Shown here: positions 56,931 to 64,000 of the stretch, one piece after another
How positions within the stretch are numbered: position 1 is the stretch's first letter
Layout: every line of letters begins with the position of its first letter
NCBI GenBank assembly: GCA_031283155.1
Contig: JAITCI010000076.1
Coordinates: 14,923-78,922 of the forward strand
Length of the DNA: 64,000 bases
Source: Spirochaetota bacterium
GTDB lineage: Bacteria; Spirochaetota; JAGLSM01; JAKPMW01
Direction: 5' to 3'
Program-made: the position numbers and the translations under genes
Notes under the pieces: model-generated
Told to the model about the DNA's origin: nothing
Databases searched by the model: none
Seen by the model: the letters and a program-made list of their open reading frames with translations, nothing else

Positions 56931-57953
56931 CTAAATCGACGTAATGATCAGCAAGAGCATAGCGAAAATAATAAAACCGCCGATATACAGGAGCCATTGC
57001 AGTCTGCTGCCCGAACGCTCTTCCTGACCGCCGGCTGCGGATCCGGCTGCCGCCTGTTTTTTTAATCCGGCAGCCTGAATGGCTTGCTGCATATTCGCGG
57101 CCGCTTTGCTGTCTGTGCCTGGATCAACGCGCTTGATTTTGACTTTCTCCGCCTCGCTCACGCGGCCATATACGCCTTCGCCGATTTTAACCAGAACGAT
57201 ATGTTCATTGGTTTTGCCGATGCGCATATCATTCACCGTTGCCGGTACGGGCAGGATATCGTTATCGCGTCTGGCGCCCAGAAGATCGATAAAATACGAG
57301 CCGCGCTTGGACGCAGGATCGATTTTGACCATTATTCTGTCGCCGGTCTTTAACTCAAAGATCGGGATTCCGGAAACCGGCGAGAGGACAAAGTTGACGT
57401 TGAGTACAACGGCACCCTCTTCGACGTTAAAGAGATTATCTCCCGTGGGTGCCGCTTCGGGCGCGTCGGCGGCGGCTTTTTCCTGGCTGCGTTTTTCGCG
57501 CTCCTGCTTTACCGCCAGAAGCTGTTCCCCTGTGATATGCTCGATAGTGGAATCAAAGGTTACGTTTTTGTCGTTGAGCGGCTTGGCAAGCGTTACGGAA
57601 AATAAATGATCCATCTTGCCTTTGACGGCGCTGTTGCTGATAGCGGCTACTTCGTCCGGGCGCATACCGCCGATGAGGTTTTCAATGGATGTCTGCGCGT
57701 CCCGCGCCATCGACGCCGCAAATTCGCCCTTCACCTTAAGTTCATTCAGACGCTCCTCAATGGCCGACCAGGGCTGCCTGGGATCAATCTCGTACATTGA
57801 CTGGTAATGCGAAACGAGAGCAAGAATACTTTCCGGCGCATGCAGCTCATTGTCCATAAAGATCATCAGAAATCCAAAGGCGTTGGAATTCGCGGCCTTA
57901 AAGCGGGCTTTGTAGGCGCTGTACTGGCTTTCGGGTTGATTGGGATTGGGCAT
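56931..57953 (-). CDS. Hypothetical protein with C-terminal transmembrane anchor
   Basis: SD aggaaag precedes the ATG at 57953. Single C-terminal TM (LQWLLYIGGFIIFAMLLLIITSI). Confidence 0.5.
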   Translation of the reverse strand: MPNPNQPESQYSAYKARFKAANSNAFGFLMIFMDNELHAPESILALVSHYQSMYEIDPRQPWSAIEERLNELKVKGEFAASMARDAQTSIENLIGGMRPDEVAAISNSAVKGKMDHLFSVTLAKPLNDKNVTFDSTIEHITGEQLLAVKQEREKRSQEKAAADAPEAAPTGDNLFNVEEGAVVLNVNFVLSPVSGIPIFELKTGDRIMVKIDPASKRGSYFIDLLGARRDNDILPVPATVNDMRIGKTNEHIVLVKIGEGVYGRVSEAEKVKIKRVDPGTDSKAAANMQQAIQAAGLKKQAAAGSAAGGQEERSGSRLQWLLYIGGFIIFAMLLLIITSI

Positions 57954-58100
57954 ATTCTTTCCTGTTTCAGGCCACAATGGGCAAAGTACGCCCCAGGCGA
58001 AAGATGCCGGCGCGCTCTTGAAAACAGCTATATTAAAAGATACTCTCATAAGTATCGGCGTTTTTGGATGCGTATTTGAATTTTTTGAAGGAAAAATCGT

Positions 58101-59408
58101 GTGCGGCTGGAACTGTACTTAAGTCTTCGCTATTTATTTTCGCGAAAGAAGCGCTCCGCGATATCGCTGCTCTCCGCGATCTCAGTTCTGTGCGTTGCGC
58201 TTGCGGTTCTTGTACTCATCGTGGTTTTTTCGGTGCTGAATGGTTTCCATGAGGACATGAAGAGCAAGATCCTCTCCAAAGAGTCGCACATTATCCTGAC
58301 CTCCCCCGTGGATGGTTTGCTCTGGGATTACCCCTCCATTGTTGAAAAGGTCAGAGCCGTTCCCGGGGTGCGTCTCGCTCTGCCCTATTATGAGGGGCAG
58401 GGGCTTATTTCCTGCTATGGATCGGCGCGCGGGGTCAAGATCCGGGGGGTTGTTCCGGATCTCCTGGAGCGTGATCCCGATTTTATGACGAGCTTTACGC
58501 TTTCCGACGGCGAATTTGCTCTTGCCGAACTCAATAATATCGTGATTGGCGAGGTACTCGCGCATTTTCTTGGGCTTCGCGTGGGCGACAAGGTTTCGCT
58601 GTATGTGCCGCCCAGGCAGGATTCCGACGCCTTTATGCTCCCGCTCAATATCGAATACCGCGTCGCGGGGATATTTTCTTCCGGCTTTTCGGAGTACGAT
58701 GAATTTTTTGTTTTCATGTCGCTGCGCGACGCGCAGGTTCTGTTTGGCACGGGGGATCTCGCCTGGGCCATCGGGATTAAACTGGAGGAGTATATCCGCG
58801 CGGAGGAAATCCGCGCTCTTGTCAATCAGGCGACAGATTATAATTACAACACCGCAACCTGGATGCAGCTCAGGCGCAACCTCTACCAGGCGCTTGTCAC
58901 CGAAAAAACCCTGATCGGTGTGGTGCTGTTTTTTGTGATCGCGATGGCTGCATTCTCCATAGCAAGCACACTCATTATGATAGTCATGGAAAAAGAGCGG
59001 GAGATTGGTATCCTGAAATCCATAGGCATGGCGCCGCAGGTCATCATGCGTACTTTTTTGGCCGAGGGCTGCCTGGTGGGGCTGACCGGCACGATCATCG
59101 GTTTGTTCGCGGGTTTGCTTATCGCGGGTTCCATGGACTCCATCCTGCGTATGCTCGAGAGCGCGGTTAATTTTTCGGCGGAGAGTTTCTACAGTCTTTG
59201 TAACGGTCTTGTTTCCCTGCCGTACCCCCGCCACTGGAAGCTCTTCCCGGAAGATGTGTACTATGTGAGTACCTTTCCGGTGCGGATCGACGTGCTGGAG
59301 GTTTTCGCGATATGCCTCGGTTCCATGCTGATGACCACGCTTTGCTCGGTCATTCCGGCGCGGCAGGCGGCGCGGCTGAAAGTCACCGAAGTATTGCATA
59401 AGGAGTAA
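58101..59408 (+). CDS. LolC/LolE-family (FtsX-type) ABC transporter permease
   Basis: GTG start after SD gaagga. N-terminal TM, a large periplasmic MacB-PCD-like loop, and three C-terminal TM helices. Confidence 0.85.
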   Translation: MRLELYLSLRYLFSRKKRSAISLLSAISVLCVALAVLVLIVVFSVLNGFHEDMKSKILSKESHIILTSPVDGLLWDYPSIVEKVRAVPGVRLALPYYEGQGLISCYGSARGVKIRGVVPDLLERDPDFMTSFTLSDGEFALAELNNIVIGEVLAHFLGLRVGDKVSLYVPPRQDSDAFMLPLNIEYRVAGIFSSGFSEYDEFFVFMSLRDAQVLFGTGDLAWAIGIKLEEYIRAEEIRALVNQATDYNYNTATWMQLRRNLYQALVTEKTLIGVVLFFVIAMAAFSIASTLIMIVMEKEREIGILKSIGMAPQVIMRTFLAEGCLVGLTGTIIGLFAGLLIAGSMDSILRMLESAVNFSAESFYSLCNGLVSLPYPRHWKLFPEDVYYVSTFPVRIDVLEVFAICLGSMLMTTLCSVIPARQAARLKVTEVLHKE

Positions 59409-59413
59409 ACGCA

Positions 59414-60160
59414 GTGGGAAAAATTGCCGCTGCCGCGAAGAGCGGACAGCCAAAAACGCGATCCCGGAAGATGGCCGCATCCCCGGCTGTTCTGGTCAGC
59501 GCGCTCTCCAAATCCTACGCGAATGTTGCCGAGGAACTCGCCGTATTCAGCGATGTGTCCTTCTCCGTTGCGATGGGGAATTCGCTTGCGATTGTGGGCG
59601 AGAGCGGCAGCGGCAAAAGTACACTCCTGAATCTGATCGGCGGGCTGGATTACCCTTCATCGGGGAGTGTGCAGGTTTTCTCAAAGCAGATTGAAACCAT
59701 GAACGAGACCGAGCTTGCGGCATTCCGCAATACGCATATTGGTTTTGTGTTTCAGTATCATCACCTCCTGCCGGATTTCAGCGCGCTTGAGAATGTCGCC
59801 CTGCCCGCGCTCATCGCTGGGCGGCGCGAGGAGGAGGCCTTTGCCGACGCGCGCGGCCTGCTGCAGGATATTGAACTCGGTGATCGCGCGGATCATCGTC
59901 CCGGAGCGCTTTCCGGCGGCGAACAGCAGCGGGTGGCTATCGCGCGCGCGCTTGTCAACAAACCCGGGCTTGTCCTGATGGACGAACCCACCGGGAATCT
60001 CGACGAGCGGACGGGCAGGATCGTGCTTTCGCTCGCGCGGAATCTCCAGCGGCGGCACGCGCTTACCCTTATAATAGTTACGCACAGCCCGGCTGTTTCC
60101 GCGGCCTGTAATCATTGCCTGCGTCTCGCGCATGGACACGCCGCCGCGCGCGCAAAGTGA
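59414..60160 (+). CDS. lolD: LolD-like ABC transporter ATP-binding protein
   Basis: Walker A GESGSGKST, signature LSGGEQQR and Walker B LVLMDEPTGNLD. GTG start after SD aaggag. Confidence 0.9.
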   Translation: MGKIAAAAKSGQPKTRSRKMAASPAVLVSALSKSYANVAEELAVFSDVSFSVAMGNSLAIVGESGSGKSTLLNLIGGLDYPSSGSVQVFSKQIETMNETELAAFRNTHIGFVFQYHHLLPDFSALENVALPALIAGRREEEAFADARGLLQDIELGDRADHRPGALSGGEQQRVAIARALVNKPGLVLMDEPTGNLDERTGRIVLSLARNLQRRHALTLIIVTHSPAVSAACNHCLRLAHGHAAARAK

Positions 60161-60201
60161 GGAACGCGCGGGGTTATTAACCTTATCAAAGGAGCTATGG
60201 T

Positions 60202-62310
60202 ATGCGGCGTTTGTGGAAAAATAAGGCTGAGCTGAAGGTTTCGCAGGGGAGTCCCCTCTGGCTGGGGGCAAGCGTGGGTGATCGCGGCGTGAATTTTGCG
60301 GTTATATCGGCAGGCGCGAGCGCGGTCAGCATCGTTTTTTTTGAGTCCGGAATCCATAACGCTTATTTTGAGGTTGCCCTGGATCCGCGCCGGAATAAAA
60401 CGGGCGACGTATGGCACGCCCTGATCGAGGGGCTGCCGGAGGGCTTTCGCTACGGCTACAGGGTGGACGGACCGTACAACCCCAAAAAAGGATATCGCTT
60501 TGACAGGCAGAAGATCCTGATCGATCCCTACGCGCTGGCGCTCACGGGAGGCGCGATCTGGGGGAAACCGTTACAGCGCGAGGGCGCGCGCGATCATTCC
60601 TTTACCTACCTCCGGCGATCTTTTCTCCCGCGCCGCGATTTTGACTGGCAGGGCGACAGACCGCTTGGCCGCGCCTTATCCGAAACCATTATTTATGAAC
60701 TCCATGTGCGCGGGTACACAATTCACGCCGGTTCGGGCGTGAAACATCCCGGAACATTTCGCGGGCTGATTGAAAAAATCCCGTATCTCCAGTCGCTGGG
60801 CGTGAATGCGGTCGAGCTTATGCCTGTCAACGAATTTGACGAGGAGGCGGGCTGGCGCGCGAATCCGCTCACGGGCGAGAGGCTCGTTAATTTCTGGGGC
60901 TACACCCCCTATGCCTTTTTCGCGCCTAAGGCCTCCTATGCCGCGAGCGCGCTTTCCGGCGGGCAGGTTGACGAGTTTCGCGAGATGGTGCGCGAGTTCC
61001 ACAAGGCCGGAATTGAAATCATACTCGACGTTGTATTTAACCACACGGGCGAGGGCGACGCGAAGGGGCCGGTCTTTTCGTTCCGCGGGCTCGACGACGG
61101 CGCGTATTATATGCTCGATGAAAATGGCGGGTACCGCAACTATTCCGGCTGCGGGAATACCATGAATTGCAACCGCCATCAGGTTCGGCAGCTTATCATG
61201 GACTGCCTCCGCTATTGGGTGGCGGAGATGCACGTGGATGGATTCCGTTTTGATCTCGCCTCGGTCCTCGGGCGCGACAGCAATGGGGAGGTTCTCCCCG
61301 ATCCGCCGGTGCTCGACGAGATCGCCCACGATCCGGTTTTGGCTTCCACAAAAATTATCGCGGAGGCCTGGGACGCCGCCGGACTCTATCAGGTCGGGAG
61401 TTTTCCGGCGTGGGGCAGGTGGGCGGAGTGGAACGGGAGATACCGCGACGATGTTCGCCGCTTTTTGCTGGGCGAGTTGGGGAGCACGGCTGCGTTTGCG
61501 ACGCGCGTCACCGGGAGTTCCGATCTCTACGAGTGCAGCGGACGCGCTCCGCAGCATTCCATAAATTTTATCACCTGCCACGATGGCTTTACGCTGCGCG
61601 ATCTCGCGACCTATAACACCAAGCATAACGAGGCGAACGGGGAGAACAACAGGGACGGCGAAAATTACAACATCAGTTATAACTACGGCGTGGAGGGGGA
61701 AAGCAATATTCCCTCGATCCGGCGCCTCAGGCGGCGCTATGCCAAAAACGCCATGCTGATCATGATGCTCTCGCAGGGGACGCCGATGCTCCTCGCGGGC
61801 GATGAATTTTTACGTACCCAGGGCGGGAATAACAATCCCTATTGTCAGGATAACGCCGTCTCGTGGGTGGACTGGTCGTTCGTGAACAAAGAAGAGGAGC
61901 ATCTGGATTTTTGCAGGAATGTTATTCTGCTCCGCAAGGAATTCGCATCGCTGAAGAGAGAAAACTTTTTATCGGGTACGCCGGATGCGGGGAGCAAGCT
62001 GCCCGACATAAGCTGGCACGGTATCTTTGAGGGGGAACCGGATTTTGAGAAGGGCGAACCCCGGCTCGCGTTTTTGCTCGCGGGGGTGGGCCGCGAACCC
62101 GCGCTCTATGCGGCATATAATATGGCGACGCGCCCGGCCGTGTTTCATTTGCCGGAGAGTCCCGACGGCGTGTGGTTCCGCAAGATCAATACCGCGGCGC
62201 AAAGCGGGCGCGACTTTTTTGCCGCAGGGCAGGAAAAGAGGGAGATCGGCAGTACGATCCGCCTGCGCCCGCGCAGTATAATCGTGCTTGTATCCAAACC
62301 GATGGCGTGA
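60202..62310 (+). CDS. glgX: Glycogen debranching enzyme (isoamylase, GH13)
   Basis: GFRFDLASVL catalytic-nucleophile region, EAWD, and an N-terminal CBM48. 702 aa. Confidence 0.95.
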   Translation: MRRLWKNKAELKVSQGSPLWLGASVGDRGVNFAVISAGASAVSIVFFESGIHNAYFEVALDPRRNKTGDVWHALIEGLPEGFRYGYRVDGPYNPKKGYRFDRQKILIDPYALALTGGAIWGKPLQREGARDHSFTYLRRSFLPRRDFDWQGDRPLGRALSETIIYELHVRGYTIHAGSGVKHPGTFRGLIEKIPYLQSLGVNAVELMPVNEFDEEAGWRANPLTGERLVNFWGYTPYAFFAPKASYAASALSGGQVDEFREMVREFHKAGIEIILDVVFNHTGEGDAKGPVFSFRGLDDGAYYMLDENGGYRNYSGCGNTMNCNRHQVRQLIMDCLRYWVAEMHVDGFRFDLASVLGRDSNGEVLPDPPVLDEIAHDPVLASTKIIAEAWDAAGLYQVGSFPAWGRWAEWNGRYRDDVRRFLLGELGSTAAFATRVTGSSDLYECSGRAPQHSINFITCHDGFTLRDLATYNTKHNEANGENNRDGENYNISYNYGVEGESNIPSIRRLRRRYAKNAMLIMMLSQGTPMLLAGDEFLRTQGGNNNPYCQDNAVSWVDWSFVNKEEEHLDFCRNVILLRKEFASLKRENFLSGTPDAGSKLPDISWHGIFEGEPDFEKGEPRLAFLLAGVGREPALYAAYNMATRPAVFHLPESPDGVWFRKINTAAQSGRDFFAAGQEKREIGSTIRLRPRSIIVLVSKPMA

Positions 62311-62318
62311 GGTGAGCG

Positions 62319-62897
62319 ATGGCCTTTGAGGTAGAGATCAAAGCGTATGTAGTCGATCCCGTCCGCCTGAAAGCCGTACTTCTTGAGCGCTATGGATCAG
62401 GCGAGGAATTTCAGAAGCGCGATCTGTATTTTGCGTACGCAGAGCGTATTGAGCGCACTTCGCGGCTTCGCGCTGATCAGCTCGCGTTTCGTCTTCGCTA
62501 TGAGCAAAGCGGCGGCGAAGAGATGAGCATCGTTACGGCGAAAAAGAAAAATATGCAGGCAAGCGTGGAGATAAACGAAGAGTATGAATTTGCCGTTTCC
62601 GATCCGGAGGCCTTTTGCGCCTTTGCCGCCGCGCTGGGCTATGGTATTGCCCTCGAAAAAAACAAGATCGGTCAGGCATGGACGCCGGAACCCCGCGTGA
62701 CGATAGAACTCGCCCTGGTAGCGGGGCTGGGGCATTTTGTGGAGATTGAAAATCTGGTTGATGCGGAAAGCGCGGTTGCAGCCGCGCATGATCGTGTCCG
62801 CGCTCTTCTGGCCTCGCTCGGATTTGACGAACAGGATATCGAACCCCGCTATTACACGGATATGCTGGAAGAGCGACGGGCGCTCGACAGAAGATAA
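62319..62897 (+). CDS. CYTH-domain protein (CyaB/thiamine-triphosphatase-like)
   Basis: N-terminal EVEIK signature (MAFEVEIKAYV). About 192 aa. Confidence 0.8.
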   Translation: MAFEVEIKAYVVDPVRLKAVLLERYGSGEEFQKRDLYFAYAERIERTSRLRADQLAFRLRYEQSGGEEMSIVTAKKKNMQASVEINEEYEFAVSDPEAFCAFAAALGYGIALEKNKIGQAWTPEPRVTIELALVAGLGHFVEIENLVDAESAVAAAHDRVRALLASLGFDEQDIEPRYYTDMLEERRALDRR

Positions 62898-62961
62898 ACC
62901 GCAAAAATGCTTTCTATTATTATGCCTTGCCGATCACAGGAGCAATACAAAGGAGCAGAGG

Positions 62962-64000
62962 ATGGCATTGCGCTTGTTCAATACAATGACGCGCCAAAAG
63001 GAGGATTTTGTTCCCCTCGTCGCGGGCAGGGCGGGGATGTATACCTGCGGCCCGACTGTGTATGCGTATGCGCACATCGGGAATTTCCGCGCCTATATCT
63101 TTGAGGACCTTTTGCACCGTGTGCTTCGCTATTGCGGGTACGAGGTGACGCAGATCATGAATCTGACCGATGTGGACGACAAGACAATTCGTAATTCGAT
63201 TGATAGCGGATTTTCGCTTTCCGAATATACAGCGGTTTATAAGAAGGCGTTTTTTGATGATCTGCGCGCCCTGGATATTGTGCCCGCCGCGGCCTACCCC
63301 CAAGCGACCGCGCATATCCCGGAGATGATCGCGATCATCCAAACGCTGCTCGACAAGGGGATTGCCTACGAGCGCGACGGCTCGGTTTATTTTAGTATAG
63401 CGAAATTTCCGGAGTATGGGCGGCTCGCGCACCTTGATCAGGAGGGGCTGCGCGCGGGCGCGTCGGGGCGCGTGGATAACGACGAGTACGAGAAGGACAG
63501 CGCGCATGATTTTGTGCTCTGGAAGGGCTATACCGAGAAAGACAGGGACGTGGTTTGGGATTCGCCTTTTGGGCGCGGACGGCCGGGCTGGCATATTGAG
63601 TGTTCCGCCATGAGCATGAAGTATCTTGGCGAAACCATGGATATACACACCGGCGGCGTTGATAATATCTTTCCGCACCACGAGAACGAGATCGCGCAGA
63701 GCGAGGCGGCCACGGGCAGGCCTTTTGTGCGTTATTGGCTGCATTGCGAGCACCTTGTGGTTGATGGCGAGAAGATGTCTAAATCGAAGGGCAATTTTTA
63801 TACGCTTCGCGATCTCCTCGCGAAGCAGTGGTCTGCGCGCGCGATCCGTTATCTCCTGCTGGCGACGCATTACCGCAGGATGCTCAATTTTTCCGAAACA
63901 ACATTCCGCGCTGCCGAGGCTTCGCTGGCGCGTCTCGATACCTTTGCGCTGGACGTGGAACGGTTCGCGGATGCGCGCGCGGGCGAGGCTGCACAGGCGC
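62962..64000 (+). CDS. cysS: Cysteinyl-tRNA synthetase (3' truncated by window edge)
   Basis: HIGN (HIGH-type) motif and KMSKS (EKMSKSKGN). CysS-typical [16 protein letters not shown]. Confidence 0.95.
   Translation, partial: MALRLFNTMTRQKEDFVPLVAGRAGMYTCGPTVYAYAHIGNFRAYIFEDLLHRVLRYCGYEVTQIMNLTDVDDKTIRNSIDSGFSLSEYTAVYKKAFFDDLRALDIVPAAAYPQATAHIPEMIAIIQTLLDKGIAYERDGSVYFSIAKFPEYGRLAHLDQEGLRAGASGRVDNDEYEKDSAHDFVLWKGYTEKDRDVVWDSPFGRGRPGWHIECSAMSMKYLGETMDIHTGGVDNIFPHHENEIAQSEAATGRPFVRYWLHCEHLVVDGEKMSKSKGNFYTLRDLLAKQWSARAIRYLLLATHYRRMLNFSETTFRAAEASLARLDTFALDVERFADARAGEAAQA

Noticed and set aside
58182-59480. 432-aa minus-strand ORF opposite the LolC/E permease gene
   Set aside because: The plus-strand gene has the expected FtsX topology and is followed by its ATPase partner. 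The minus-strand frame is His/Arg-rich noise.

Overview
This is a GC-rich (about 62% by eye) bacterial chromosomal segment whose gene content looks spirochete-like. It has CheX/CheC-type phosphatases, two sensor SpoIIE/PP2C phosphatases, a tandem HD-GYP protein, a sigma-54 activator with an RpoS-like sigma factor, LolC/E-LolD, and TrkAH. Most of the window is housekeeping and signal transduction. Housekeeping includes leuS, ileS, lepB, glyA, fabF, cysS (partial), holB, hldD, rnpB, glgX, a PgsA-like CDP-alcohol phosphatidyltransferase and an XDH-family FAD/2Fe-2S/Mo enzyme cluster. Signal transduction includes an MCP, a hybrid histidine kinase, an NtrC-type bEBP and the phosphatases. I found no CRISPR array, no integrase or transposase, and no canonical multi-gene defence operon. 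The items most worth a second look are: (1) a contiguous sigma-54 activator / palindromic candidate UAS / -24/-12 promoter / RpoS-like sigma cassette, with a short SD-bearing ORF convergent downstream; (2) an AT-rich Mrr (type IV restriction) plus cupin islet of about 1.3 kb, flanked by copies of a repeated intergenic element; (3) a large orphan Dam-family adenine methyltransferase with an uncharacterised 200-aa C-terminal extension; (4) a membrane-anchored, lid-deleted PurD (ATP-grasp) homologue that is probably a pseudo-enzyme; (5) several strongly structured convergent intergenic regions and an A-rich tandem-repeat region that may encode small RNAs. Many long antisense or alternate-frame ORFs in the supplied track are GC-bias artefacts and were rejected.
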